A DNA stretch of 64,000 nt. Origin: Chloroflexota bacterium (GTDB lineage Bacteria > Chloroflexota > Dehalococcoidia > UBA2979). Under the pieces are notes generated by a model. It made no database searches. It saw only the letters and a program-made list of their open reading frames with translations, and was not told the origin of the DNA. Positions 31,082-42,670 of the stretch are shown here, piece by piece. Within the stretch, counting starts at the first letter, position 1; each line of letters begins with the position of its first letter. The DNA lies in contig VXOS01000053.1 of the NCBI GenBank assembly GCA_009839925.1, positions 2,447-66,446 of the forward strand. Reading direction: 5' to 3'. The translations under genes were made by a program, and so were the position numbers.

Positions 31082-31870
31082 TTGCCCCGGAGCCGAACCT
31101 TGCTTCTCGCCATCGACATCGGCAACACCAGCATCTCGATCGGCGCCTACGACGGAGCGCAACTCGTCCTCCGCGCTCGCCTGCCCACCGACGCCGCCCG
31201 GCCCGCCGCAGAGTACGAGCGCGGGCTCGTCGCCGCCCTTCGCGATAGTGGCGTCGAACCCGCGCGGATCACCGGCGCCGCGCTCTCCTCCACCGTCCCG
31301 GCCCTCGAGGACACGTTTAGGGCGGTCTGCCGCAGCAGCTTCGGCTGCGTCCCGCTCGTCGTGGGCGCAGACGTGCACACCGGTATCCCGATCCGCTGCG
31401 ACGAGCCGCACGAGGTCGGAGCGGACCGCATCCTGCACGCCGTCGCCGCGCTCGCCCGTCACGCCCCGCCCCTGATCGTGGTGGACCTCGGGACGGCGCT
31501 GGTTGTCGATGCAATCTCCGCGGACGGGGACTACCTCGGCGGCACGATTGCCCCCGGCATCGGGATCGCCTCGGAAGCACTCTTCGAGCGCGCGGCCAAG
31601 CTGCCCAACGTCGCGATCGAGCGCCCGGGCATGGCCGGCGTGATCGGCCGCAACACCGAACACTCGATGCAGTCGGGTATCGTGTACGGCTACGCGGAGA
31701 TGGTGTGCGGCATGGTGCGGCGCTTCCAGGCAGAGATCGGCCCGCAGGCCACGGTGATCGCCACCGGCGGCTACGCCCCGGTGATCGCCGACGCCGCCTG
31801 CTGCATCGACGCCGTGGAGGACGACCTCAACCTCGAGGGCCTGCGCCTGGTCTACGAGGCGAACCGGTGA
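31082..31870 (+). CDS. coaX: Type III pantothenate kinase
   Basis: LLLAIDIGNTSISIG N-terminal motif and a CoaX fold; TTG start. Confidence 0.85.
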   Translation: MPRSRTLLLAIDIGNTSISIGAYDGAQLVLRARLPTDAARPAAEYERGLVAALRDSGVEPARITGAALSSTVPALEDTFRAVCRSSFGCVPLVVGADVHTGIPIRCDEPHEVGADRILHAVAALARHAPPLIVVDLGTALVVDAISADGDYLGGTIAPGIGIASEALFERAAKLPNVAIERPGMAGVIGRNTEHSMQSGIVYGYAEMVCGMVRRFQAEIGPQATVIATGGYAPVIADAACCIDAVEDDLNLEGLRLVYEANR

Positions 31871-33081
31871 CCGCGCCCCTGAGCGGCCGCACGATCGTGC
31901 TCGGCGTCAGCGGATCGATCGCCGCCTACAAGTCCGTCGAGGTCACGAGCCGCCTCGTCCAGGCGGGCGCCGAGGTCGAGGTCGTGATGACCGAGGCGGC
32001 CACGAAGTTCATAGGACCATTGACGTTCCGGGGGATCACCGGACACGAGCCGTTCGTCGATCTCTGGGCGACGGCCGGGCCCCACGCCGAACCGCACGTC
32101 GCCCTCGGGCGAAGCGCCGACCTGTACCTGATCGCACCCGCCAGCGCCTCGACGATCGCGCGGATCGCGCACGGCATCGCCGACGACTTCGTCTCGCTGA
32201 CCGCGCTGGCGATGCGCGCGCCGGTGCTGATCGCGCCCGCGATGGACGCACAGATGTGGGCGAACCCCGCGACGCAGGACAACGTCGCGCTGCTGCGCGC
32301 GCGCGGAGTCGAGTTCCTCGGTCCCGTCGAGGGCCGGCTCGCGTCCGGCGAGGTGGGCGCCGGACGCCTCATGGAGCCCGCTGCGATGGTGGACCACGCC
32401 CGGGCGCGCATCGGACGCGAGTACGGCGACCTCGCGGGCACGCGCATCGCCGTCACCGCAGGCGGCACTCGCGAGCCCGCCGACCCCGTGCGCTTCATCG
32501 GCAATCGCTCAACCGGCAAGATGGGCCACGCCCTTGCCGAGGCGGCGTGCGACCGTGGCGCCGAGGTCGTGCTGATCACCAGCGCCGAGCTCGCAGCCCC
32601 CGCAGCGGCCGAGGTCGTCCACGTCGAAACCGCCGAGCAGATGCTCGGAGCGCTTCAGCAGCACGTGCCCGGCTGCGAGGCGCTGATCATGGCGGCCGCC
32701 GTCGCCGACTATCGCCCCGCCGAGTCGCTGCCTCACAAGCAGAAGCGCGGGGGCCTCGAGCACTGGAGCCTGGACCTGGAACGCAACCCTGACCTCATCG
32801 CCTCGATCCAGCGCGAGGGCCTGATCAAGGTCGCCTTCGCCGCGGAGACGGACGACGTTCTCCGGAACGCCGCCCACAAGCTGGTTGCGAAGGACGCGCA
32901 TCTCATGATCGCGAACGATGTCAGCGCGAAGGACGCCGGCTTCGCCGTCGACACGAACCGCGTCGTCATCCTCGACCGCGACGGGGGCTGCGACGAGCTG
33001 CCATTGCTCTCGAAGTACGACTGCTCACATCGGATCCTCGACCGCCTCGCCCCCCTGCTGGCCCACTCCGCAGATGCGTGA
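31867..33081 (+). CDS. coaBC: Bifunctional phosphopantothenoylcysteine decarboxylase / phosphopantothenate-cysteine ligase
   Basis: Flavoprotein N-domain (IVLGVSGSIAAYKSVEV) and CoaB C-domain (TAGGTREPADPVRFIGNRSTGKMG). GTG start overlaps the coaX stop (GTGA). Confidence 0.85.
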   Translation: MTAPLSGRTIVLGVSGSIAAYKSVEVTSRLVQAGAEVEVVMTEAATKFIGPLTFRGITGHEPFVDLWATAGPHAEPHVALGRSADLYLIAPASASTIARIAHGIADDFVSLTALAMRAPVLIAPAMDAQMWANPATQDNVALLRARGVEFLGPVEGRLASGEVGAGRLMEPAAMVDHARARIGREYGDLAGTRIAVTAGGTREPADPVRFIGNRSTGKMGHALAEAACDRGAEVVLITSAELAAPAAAEVVHVETAEQMLGALQQHVPGCEALIMAAAVADYRPAESLPHKQKRGGLEHWSLDLERNPDLIASIQREGLIKVAFAAETDDVLRNAAHKLVAKDAHLMIANDVSAKDAGFAVDTNRVVILDRDGGCDELPLLSKYDCSHRILDRLAPLLAHSADA

Positions 33082-33088
33082 CCCGCGC

Positions 33089-33109
33089 CCGCCCGGCGCC
33101 TGCGGGCGG
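33089..33109 (+). terminator. 7-bp stem hairpin (ccgcccg-gcgcctg-cgggcgg) 8 nt after the coaBC stop; candidate terminator
   Basis: Read directly; no U-tract follows. Confidence 0.3.
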
Positions 33110-33419
33110 CTTGTGGACAACTCCCGCTCGGCTGTTTGCAGGCGTCCCGTAACGCGCCAGCTCCGGCCACGCTCCCGGCCCGCTCCGAATCGGCCGCCTT
33201 CTCCTCCGCTCCGGCTACCCACGATGTGATCACGAGTGTTGGCTCTTATGCCGCACCTCGCCCACGCTCTCCTGACCGATTCTTGCAACGACCGCGGCCG
33301 TGCGGTCTGCTTCTCCACGCCGCCCACAGCGCTACTACTACGGCGTTCCCGCATCCACATCACCGGCTCCCCCCGTGCTCCCGTGGACAAGCACCCTCGT
33401 TTCGTGTGGAGTAGATCCC

Positions 33420-34718
33420 GTGATCGATCAGGTTGAAATCGAAGTAGTTGCCGGAAAGGGCGGCGACGGGATCGTCTCGTTCCGGCGAGAGAAGTTCGTG
33501 CCGCACGGTGGCCCCGATGGTGGCGACGGCGGTCGTGGCGGCGCCGTGGGGCTCGTCGCCGACCGCTCGATCACGGGACTCGGCGCCTATCGCGCCAGCA
33601 GGGTCAGGGCCGCGCAGCATGGGCAGCCGGGAAGCTCGGTACAGCGCCGAGGCGCGTCCGGGGAGGATCTGTGGCTGCCGGTGCCGCTGGGTTGTGTCGT
33701 GTGGGACCTGGACTCCGGCGAGGCAGTGGTTGGGGAACCCGGCGCAGAGGAGCGGCGGCCGTTTGCCGATCTCGCGGAGAACGGCGCGCGGGCGATTGTT
33801 GCGAGGGGCGGCCGCGGCGGCTGGGGCAACAAGCGATTCGCCACGGCGACCCGACGCACGCCGAGGTTCGCGCAGCGCGGGATGGCCGGCGAACGGCGGA
33901 GGCTGCGGCTCGAGTTGAAGCTGCTTGCCGACATCGGTCTCGTGGGGTTGCCCAACGCAGGCAAATCGACGCTGCTGGGCGCTTGGTCGGCGGCGCATCC
34001 GAAGGTGGCGCCCTATCCCTTCACAACGCTGGAGCCCGAGCTGGGCGTCGTCGAGCTTGGCTACGACTCGTTCGTCGCGGCGGACATGCCGGGGCTCATC
34101 GAGGGCGCGAGCCAGGGGGTGGGGCTGGGGCACGAGTTCCTGCGCCACATCGAGCGTACGAGGGTGCTGGTGCATGTCCTCGATATGGCGCGGGACGACC
34201 CGTTCGCCGACCGTGAGCTGATCGACCGCGAGCTGGCGGAGTTCGGGCACGGCCTCGCCGACAAGCCGCAACTGCTGGCCCTCAACAAGATCGACGACCC
34301 GGACGCCCGGGCGCACGTCGAGCTCTTGGAGGAGCTGCTGGACGCGCAGGAGACGCCGTGGCTGGCTGTCTCGGCGGCCTCGCTGGAGGGCACGAGGCAG
34401 CTCGCGGAACGGGCCTTCCAGTTGCTCCGGGAGCAGCTGCTGCGCGAGGAGGCCGAGGTTGCGCCGCCGCCGCGAGTCGAGCCGCGCGAGGTCCGGCGCG
34501 AGCGCTTCCAGATCGAGCGTGACGAGTTGGGGGGCGTCGTGGTGCGCGGCCGCACTCCCGAGTGGCTCGCGGCGACGTTCGACCTCGAGGATGACGAGGC
34601 GCGCGAGGAGCTGCTCGACCGCCTGCGGCGGCTCGGACTGGCGCGCGCGCTCTCTCGCGAGGGCGTGACGCCCGGCACGACCATCCACGTCGGCGCTGTA
34701 GCGCTGGTCTGGGAGTAG
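33420..34718 (+). CDS. obg: GTPase Obg/CgtA
   Basis: Obg fold N-terminus (VDQVEIEVVAGKGGDGIVSFRREKFVPHGGPDGGDGGRGG), G1 motif GLVGLPNAGKST, and a C-terminal OCT/TGS domain. GTG start with GGAG 9 nt upstream. Confidence 0.9.
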   Translation: MIDQVEIEVVAGKGGDGIVSFRREKFVPHGGPDGGDGGRGGAVGLVADRSITGLGAYRASRVRAAQHGQPGSSVQRRGASGEDLWLPVPLGCVVWDLDSGEAVVGEPGAEERRPFADLAENGARAIVARGGRGGWGNKRFATATRRTPRFAQRGMAGERRRLRLELKLLADIGLVGLPNAGKSTLLGAWSAAHPKVAPYPFTTLEPELGVVELGYDSFVAADMPGLIEGASQGVGLGHEFLRHIERTRVLVHVLDMARDDPFADRELIDRELAEFGHGLADKPQLLALNKIDDPDARAHVELLEELLDAQETPWLAVSAASLEGTRQLAERAFQLLREQLLREEAEVAPPPRVEPREVRRERFQIERDELGGVVVRGRTPEWLAATFDLEDDEAREELLDRLRRLGLARALSREGVTPGTTIHVGAVALVWE

Positions 34719-34723
34719 CGGCG

Positions 34724-35332
34724 ATGCGCATTGGCGTCCTCGGCGGCACGTTCGACCCGCCGCACCTCGCGCACCTCGTGCTGGCCGCGGCCGCGAGGCG
34801 CGCGCTCGGCCTTGAGCGCGTGGTGCTGGTGCCGGCGGGCGACCCCTGGCGCAAGGCGGGGAGCGGCGTATCGCCGGCGGCCGATCGCCTGGCGCTGACG
34901 CGCGCGGCCGTCGAGGGCAGCTCGCCCTGGGCCGAGGTCAGCGAAATCGAGGTGCGGCGGCCGGGCCCCAGCTACACCGCCGAGACGCTCGAGGAGCTAC
35001 AGGCGGAGGCGGCCGGCAACGAGTGGTGGTTCATCCTCGGCTGGGACGCACTCGCCGACCTGCCCGACTGGCAGCGGCCGGAGCGCATCATCGAGCTGGC
35101 GCGGCTCGCCCTCGCCGAGCGAGGCGACGAGGCGGGCGGGAGCGCGCTCCCGCCCGCGACGGTCGAGGCGTTCCCGGACCTGGCCGAGCGCGTCGACCGC
35201 GTGCCCATTCCGCGGCTGGACGTGTCCGCCTCGGAGCTGCGCCGCCGGCTGCGCGACGGTGAGCCGACGGCGCCGCTGCTGCCGCGCGGCGTGAGGGAGC
35301 TGATCGCGGAACGCGGGCTCTACCGCGCCTGA
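34724..35332 (+). CDS. nadD: Nicotinate-nucleotide adenylyltransferase
   Basis: MRIGVLGGTFDPPHLAHL (HxGH-type nucleotidyltransferase motif). Confidence 0.85.
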   Translation: MRIGVLGGTFDPPHLAHLVLAAAARRALGLERVVLVPAGDPWRKAGSGVSPAADRLALTRAAVEGSSPWAEVSEIEVRRPGPSYTAETLEELQAEAAGNEWWFILGWDALADLPDWQRPERIIELARLALAERGDEAGGSALPPATVEAFPDLAERVDRVPIPRLDVSASELRRRLRDGEPTAPLLPRGVRELIAERGLYRA

Positions 35333-35338
35333 CGCGCG

Positions 35339-36031
35339 CTACGCGTCCTCCGGCGGCCGCCCGAAGAGGATCGAGGCGCGCGGGACCGGCGGGAACAGGA
35401 ACGGCCGCAGGCCCGCCTCGATGGCGAACGGGAAGCCCGCCTCCTGCGCGAAGCGCAGCAGCGTGCGTCCCGAGCGCAGCTGCGGCGATCGCACATGGCG
35501 GCCCAGCCAGCGCCGGTTCCAGGCATCGAGGAAGCGCCGCCCGGTCGACGCGAACTCCCAGATCAGCGCCAGCCCGCCGGGCGCGAGCACGCGCCAGACC
35601 TCGTCGAGCAGGTCGCGCAGGCCGTCGTCATCGAGGTGCTTCACCAGGTAGCCGCAGAGCACGAGGTCGAACGCGCCCGATGCGATCGGCAGGCTCGTCG
35701 CGGACCCCTGCACGAGCGCGGGCGGCCGTGCCGCTCCCGCCGCGTCGCGCTGCGCGTGGCGCAGGATCGCTCGCGAGAAGTCGAGACCAACGGGTTGGTG
35801 GTCGAAGCGAACGCGGCCATCCATGAAGCGCAGCACCGAGGCGCGTCCGCAGCCGATGTCGAGCACGCGCAGGTTCGGCTCCATGTTCAGCTCGTCGGGC
35901 AGTCGCAGCAGCGGGCCGTTCATCACGAACGCGCCCTGCGGGCCGAGCGCCCAGCGCAGCCCCGTTGCCGCCAGCCCCGGGCGGCTCAACAGGTGCTCGT
36001 ACTCGTGGAGGCGGGCGCGCTCGAAGCTCAT
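35339..36031 (-). CDS. Class I SAM-dependent methyltransferase
   Basis: Motif I LRVLDIGCGRASV and motif post-II region LAPGGLALIWEF. Confidence 0.65.
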   Translation of the reverse strand: MSFERARLHEYEHLLSRPGLAATGLRWALGPQGAFVMNGPLLRLPDELNMEPNLRVLDIGCGRASVLRFMDGRVRFDHQPVGLDFSRAILRHAQRDAAGAARPPALVQGSATSLPIASGAFDLVLCGYLVKHLDDDGLRDLLDEVWRVLAPGGLALIWEFASTGRRFLDAWNRRWLGRHVRSPQLRSGRTLLRFAQEAGFPFAIEAGLRPFLFPPVPRASILFGRPPEDA

Positions 36032-36062
36032 GTGTGAATCGTGGCACGCCGGCGATCGGCGC

Positions 36063-36548
36063 TCAATCGCCGGTCACGGGCGGCCCTGGCTCGCCGAGGT
36101 CGAAGGAGAGCCGCACATGCGCGTCCTGCGCCGCGGCCCAGTCGCACATCGCCGCCAGCTCCCCGAGCCGCGGCGCGAGGTCCTCGTAGCCCTCGAGCAG
36201 CTCGTTGAGCTGGCGGTCGCCGGCCGTGGTCGCCGCCGCGACGGCGCGGCAGCAGTCGGCGAGGGCTGCCGGGTCCTGCCACATCCGCTGTAGCTCGCGG
36301 CGGTCCGCTTCGTCCTCGACGCGGCGGTCGGCGTAGCGCAGCAGCGGGCGCAGCGCGACCTTGTGCAGCGTCTCGATGCGGCTCGCGGCCTTCGCCAGCT
36401 CGTGCTGCGCCCCGAAGCGCAGCGAGAACGCCCACGAGGCGAAGTACAGCACCACCGAGGAGTCTCCCCCGAACGCGATCGGGCAGGCCTCGTCCGTGTC
36501 GAACTCGACGTGGAGGGGCGGCAGGGCGTGCTCGGCGGGGCTGGTCAT
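36063..36548 (-). CDS. Hypothetical protein cotranscribed between gyrB and the methyltransferase
   Basis: 161-aa ORF with GC3-rich codon usage; no recognisable motif. Confidence 0.4.
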   Translation of the reverse strand: MTSPAEHALPPLHVEFDTDEACPIAFGGDSSVVLYFASWAFSLRFGAQHELAKAASRIETLHKVALRPLLRYADRRVEDEADRRELQRMWQDPAALADCCRAVAAATTAGDRQLNELLEGYEDLAPRLGELAAMCDWAAAQDAHVRLSFDLGEPGPPVTGD

Positions 36549-36565
36549 GCCGGGTGTACGGGCCG

Positions 36566-38626
<2,061 letters not shown>

Positions 38627-38888
38627 TCAGTCCGTGCGAGGGCTACGGGAGGGCGTACCCGCGCCGCCGCGGTGCGCCCGGATCACGCCCGTCGGGGAGG
38701 CGGACTTCGCGCCAGGCGAGGAGGCCTTTCGCGGGGAAATCACGTGGCGGAGCGGCTGCGTTGGACCTGATGTTCCCGGCACTTGCATAGTATAGCCGAT
38801 CAGCGCCGATCGCGCTTGAATCCCGGGGGCCTCGGACGGTCCGGTGGCGGGCGCCGAAGGCTCGGAACGACAACGGAAAATCGCTGGT

Positions 38889-39341
38889 ATGACACGGCAA
38901 CCCGACCGCATCTCAGCCCCCCCGATCGGCGTCGTGCGCAACGGCGAACGCGACCCCGCTCGCCAGGACTGGGCGCGCGTCCGCAGCCGCATCGAACTGC
39001 ACCCGGAACTCGCCTCCGCCCTCGACGGCCTCGAGGGCTTCTCGCACGTGATCGTCGTCGGCTGGCTCGACCGCATTCCGAAGCAGCTGCGCGAGCGCCG
39101 GCAAGCGCATCCCGGCGGCGACGAGCGGCTGCCGCTGCTCGGCGCGCTCGCGCTGCGCGGCGGCGCGCGCCCCAACCCGATCGCGGTCACGGTCTGCCGG
39201 CTACGCTCGGTCGGTGACGCGACAGTCGAGGTCGAGGGCCTCGATCTGGTCGACGGCACGCCGGTGCTCGACATCAAGCCCTATATCGCCGCCTACGACT
39301 CGGAACCGGACGCAACGCTGCCGGACTGGGCGCAGGGCTGA
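38889..39341 (+). CDS. tsaA: tRNA (adenine37-N6)-methyltransferase TsaA/YaeB family
   Basis: IGVVRNGERDP...FSHVIVVGWLD...VLDIKPY, the hallmark motifs of the TsaA/UPF0066 family. Confidence 0.7.
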   Translation: MTRQPDRISAPPIGVVRNGERDPARQDWARVRSRIELHPELASALDGLEGFSHVIVVGWLDRIPKQLRERRQAHPGGDERLPLLGALALRGGARPNPIAVTVCRLRSVGDATVEVEGLDLVDGTPVLDIKPYIAAYDSEPDATLPDWAQG

Positions 39342-39345
39342 GGCG

Positions 39346-39732
39346 ATGTGGAGGCTGCGCGTGCTGGCGCTCGGGGCGGTCCCGGGACGCTGTCCGGGCT
39401 GCCTGCGTGTCTCGATGTTTCGCGGGTTCTACGAGTTGCACGAGACGTGCCGCATTTGCGGCGTCCGCTATGAAGGATCGGATGGGGCGTGGCTTGGCGC
39501 GATCGCCCTCGGCTACGCCATCGGGGCGCTCTTCGTGGTGGCGCTGGGGATGGCCGAGCTGGTCTGGGGGCCGATCCGCGCGCTCGGCCTCGACCCGCTG
39601 TGGACGATCGCGATCGCCAGTCTCCCCGTGACGGCGCTCGGCTATCGCCCGGCCAAGGGCCTCTGGTTCGCGCTGCTCTACCTCGGGGGATTCGTGGTGC
39701 CCGACGGAATCGCCGAAGGCGATCCCCCGTAG
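39346..39732 (+). CDS. DUF983-type zinc-ribbon membrane protein
   Basis: CPGC...CRIC ribbon followed by two TM helices. Confidence 0.45.
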   Translation: MWRLRVLALGAVPGRCPGCLRVSMFRGFYELHETCRICGVRYEGSDGAWLGAIALGYAIGALFVVALGMAELVWGPIRALGLDPLWTIAIASLPVTALGYRPAKGLWFALLYLGGFVVPDGIAEGDPP

Positions 39733-39792
39733 CAGCGCGCCGCCGCCTCCGTAGACGTTGCGCCAGCCCGCGACCCGTCCGAGGCTGACGGC

Positions 39793-40881
39793 ATGGACAT
39801 CGCGATCGTCGGACTGCCGGGATCGGGCAAGACCTCGCTCTTCAACGCGCTGACGCGCGGCGAGGCGCAGGTTGGCGCCTACAGCTCGCGCCTGGAGCCG
39901 AACCTCGGCGTGGCCGCGGTGCCCGACGAGCGGCTCGATCGCCTCGCCGTGCAGGAAGGCTCGAAGCGCGTCACGCACGCCGAGCTGCGCCTCGCGGACT
40001 ACCCCGCCAGCTTCGATGCGTCCGGCATCGAGGGGCAGCGGCTCCAGGATCTGGCGCAGGCGGACGCGCTCATCCTCGTCGCCCGCGCCTTCCAGAACCC
40101 CGCCGTGCCCGCACCCGAGGGCGGCGTGGACGCCGGTCGCGACATCGAGGCGATGCAGCTCGAACTGACCTACGCCGACCTCGCGCTGATCGAACGGCGC
40201 ATCGAGCGGATCGAGCCGGAGTTGCGGTCGCTGCCGGCTGCCGAGCGGGGGGCGCTCGAGCAGGACCGGGCGTTGCTGCTGCGCCTGCGTGAGGCCCTCG
40301 AGGCGGGGAGCGCGCTGCGCGCCATCGAGCTCACGGAGGGCGAGCGCCGGCTGCTCGCGAGCTACCAGTTCGCGACGCGCCGGCCGCTGCTGATCCTCGT
40401 CAACGTCGACGAGGACGACCTGCCGCACCTCGAAGCGATCGAGGCGGACTACGCGCAGCGGCACCGGGCGCCCGGCGTCGGTGTCGTCGCGCTCAGCGCG
40501 CGCATCGAGGCGGAGCTGGCGCAGATGGAGGCGGAGGAGGCGGCCGCGTTCCGCGGCGAGCTGGGCCTGCCGGAGCTGTCGCCGCTCGACCGTGTGATCC
40601 GGGAGACGTACGACCTGCTCGGCGTGCTTACCTTCCTCACCGCGAGCGACCGCGAGGCGCGCGCCTGGACACTGCGGCGGGGCGGGACTGCCCTCGAGGC
40701 GGCCGGCCGCATCCACAGCGACCTCGAGCGCGGCTTCATCCGCGCCGAGGTCGCCCGCTGGGACGAGTGGATCGAGGCGGGCAGCGAGGCGCAGCTGCGC
40801 CGCCAGGGCCGCCTGCGCACCGAGGGCCGCGACTACGTGGTGCAGGACGGTGACGTGGTGCACGTGCTCTTCAATGTCTGA
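39793..40881 (+). CDS. ychF: Ribosome-binding ATPase YchF
   Basis: MDIAIVGLPGSGKTSLFNAL P-loop and a C-terminal TGS domain (DYVVQDGDVVHVLFNV). Confidence 0.9.
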   Translation: MDIAIVGLPGSGKTSLFNALTRGEAQVGAYSSRLEPNLGVAAVPDERLDRLAVQEGSKRVTHAELRLADYPASFDASGIEGQRLQDLAQADALILVARAFQNPAVPAPEGGVDAGRDIEAMQLELTYADLALIERRIERIEPELRSLPAAERGALEQDRALLLRLREALEAGSALRAIELTEGERRLLASYQFATRRPLLILVNVDEDDLPHLEAIEADYAQRHRAPGVGVVALSARIEAELAQMEAEEAAAFRGELGLPELSPLDRVIRETYDLLGVLTFLTASDREARAWTLRRGGTALEAAGRIHSDLERGFIRAEVARWDEWIEAGSEAQLRRQGRLRTEGRDYVVQDGDVVHVLFNV

Positions 40882-40926
40882 GCACGTCACGAGGCGCGGC
40901 GATATGATCGTTGGCGTGAGGCGAGA

Positions 40927-41802
40927 ATGAGCGAACCGCAGGCAGGCGAAACCAGCGACGACGTGCGCGCGCGTTTCGTCGAGGAAGTCGAAGCCGCCCT
41001 CGGCGGTGGGCCGGCCGTCGCCGTCGCGACGGTGATCGACCCCGGCGAGCAGGACGGCCTGCAGCTCGGCGCGAAGCTGCTCGTGCGCGCCGCCGGCGGG
41101 ACGCTCGGCGCCCTCGGCTCCCCCGCGATCGACGAAGCCGCGGCGGAGGCGGGCCGCGCTGCGCTCTCCGCCCGCCCGCGCATCGAGGCGCAGACGGTCT
41201 ACGTGCGCGCCGGCGGCGAGCTCGTCACGCGGCGCTCGCGGGCGCGGGCCGGCGACGGCCGGCTCATGCTCGAGGTCTTCGAGGCGCCCGGCCGCCTGCT
41301 GATCGTCGGGGGCGGGCACATCGGACTCGCCCTCGCCACGATCGGTTCGACGCTCGGGTTCCAGGTGACCGTGATCGACGACCGCGAGGAGTTCGCGAAC
41401 CGCGAGCGCTTCCCGATGGCCTCCGAGGTGATCGCCGGGGAGGTAGACGAGGAGCTGGGCAAGGTCGCGATCGACGGGCGGACGTACGCGGTGATGGTCT
41501 CGCGCGGCCACCAGGTCGACGAGCTGGCGCTGCGCCACACGATCGGGCGCGGCGCTGCCTACGTCGGCATGATCGGCAGCCGCCGCCGCACCGGCACGGT
41601 GATCCAGCATCTCATCGATGAGGGCTTGCCGCGCGAGGATCTCGAGGCGGTACGCACGCCGATCGGGCTCGACATCGGCGCGGAGACGCCCGAGGAGATC
41701 GCGCTCGCCATCCTCGCGGAGATGGTGATGTTGCAACGCGGCGGCAGCGGCTCGCCGATGCGCGAGGTCAAGGGTCGCGCCCCTGCCGGGCAGGACGCGT
41801 AG
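40927..41802 (+). CDS. xdhC: XdhC/CoxI family molybdenum cofactor insertion accessory protein
   Basis: N-terminal XdhC_CoxI domain and a Rossmann-like C-domain (RLLIVGGGHIGLALATIG). Confidence 0.7.
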   Translation: MSEPQAGETSDDVRARFVEEVEAALGGGPAVAVATVIDPGEQDGLQLGAKLLVRAAGGTLGALGSPAIDEAAAEAGRAALSARPRIEAQTVYVRAGGELVTRRSRARAGDGRLMLEVFEAPGRLLIVGGGHIGLALATIGSTLGFQVTVIDDREEFANRERFPMASEVIAGEVDEELGKVAIDGRTYAVMVSRGHQVDELALRHTIGRGAAYVGMIGSRRRTGTVIQHLIDEGLPREDLEAVRTPIGLDIGAETPEEIALAILAEMVMLQRGGSGSPMREVKGRAPAGQDA

Positions 41803-41870
41803 CGCGGCGCCGCGCGCTGGTAGACTGTATCGACGCGACCGGCCGGGAGCCGGGCGGGACAAGGAACACG

Positions 41871-42188
41871 ATGGCAGACGCCGAACTGTTCGCCGAGATT
41901 CGTGAAGCGCAGGGGCGCGGGGAGCGCCGCGTGTTGGCGACCGTTGCCGACGCGCGCGGGTCGACGCCTCGCAGCCCCGGTGCGCAGCTGCTGCTGCGCC
42001 CGGACGGCAGTTTCCGCGGCACGATCGGCGGTGGCTGCGGCGAAGCCGAGGTCTGGCAGGAGGCGATGGAGACGATGGCCGACGGCCAGCCGCGCATCGT
42101 CACCGTCGACCTGACCGAGGACGTCGAGGGGGACGACAAGATCTGCGGCGGCGTGATGGACGTATTCATCGAGAGGATCGCGGACTAA
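41871..42188 (+). CDS. Stand-alone XdhC/CoxI N-terminal-domain protein
   Basis: VLATVADARGSTPRSPGAQLLLRPDGSFRGTIGGGCGEAEV resembles the XdhC_CoxI N-domain only; no Rossmann domain. Confidence 0.5.
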   Translation: MADAELFAEIREAQGRGERRVLATVADARGSTPRSPGAQLLLRPDGSFRGTIGGGCGEAEVWQEAMETMADGQPRIVTVDLTEDVEGDDKICGGVMDVFIERIAD

Positions 42189-42272
42189 CGGCGGGGGTTG
42201 CCCGCGGCGGCTGCGTGGTACGATTCGGCGCCCGTCGGCACGGCGGATGCGGCGCAACGAGGAGGCTGACCG

Positions 42273-42518
42273 ATGATCGGTGGACTGGGCTGGCAGGAGT
42301 TGCTGATCATCCTCGTGATCATCGCCCTGATCTTCGGGGCGACCCGTGTCGCCGACCTCGGCGGCGCGCTCGGGCGCGGTATCCGCGAGTTCCGCCAGGA
42401 GGCGGCGCGCCCCGATGACGAGGAGGAAGAAGAGGGCTCCGAGACGGCTTCCGCATCCGACGGCGGCTCGGCGTCCGACGAGTCGGAAGCCTCCAGTGAC
42501 AAGGAGTCATCCGGCTGA
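42273..42518 (+). CDS. tatA: Sec-independent protein translocase TatA/E with acidic Ser/Glu/Asp-rich tail
   Basis: MIGGLGWQELLIILVIIALIFGATRVADLG TM helix plus amphipathic helix, typical of TatA. Confidence 0.8.
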   Translation: MIGGLGWQELLIILVIIALIFGATRVADLGGALGRGIREFRQEAARPDDEEEEEGSETASASDGGSASDESEASSDKESSG

Positions 42519-42670
42519 CCTCGTTCCCACGAGGCTGAACGCGAGAACCAGGCCCGGCGTAGAGGTGCGCCGGGCTTTCGCTTGTCCGCCAGCCCCCGTT
42601 TCGTACCATCGATGTAGTGCGATTCGCCGAGGGCCGTACAGGGCGGCCCCTGCGCGACGCCCGGAGTGAT

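Noticed and set aside
31705-31866. Upstream extension of coaBC to 31705 (overlapping coaX by 160 nt)
   Set aside because: The extension has no flavoprotein-domain similarity. GTG at 31867 overlapping the coaX stop (GTGA) gives a canonical N-terminus.
38627-39277. 216-aa Ser/Thr/Arg/Pro-rich minus-strand ORF upstream of gyrB
   Set aside because: Low-complexity translation that overlaps the well-supported tsaA gene on the opposite strand; no SD or homology.
39274-41862. 862-aa minus-strand ORF, and similar long antisense ORFs (17736-19808, 10941-13088, 6697-8307, 24153-26198, 13491-15062, 26568-28214, 16676-17887)
   Set aside because: Each lies antisense to or overlaps genes with unmistakable homologs (ychF/xdhC, purA, pyrG, rho, pnp, M16 peptidase, pepA). 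Their translations are Arg/Ala/Gly/Pro-rich low-complexity strings typical of stop-codon-poor alternative frames in ~70% GC DNA.
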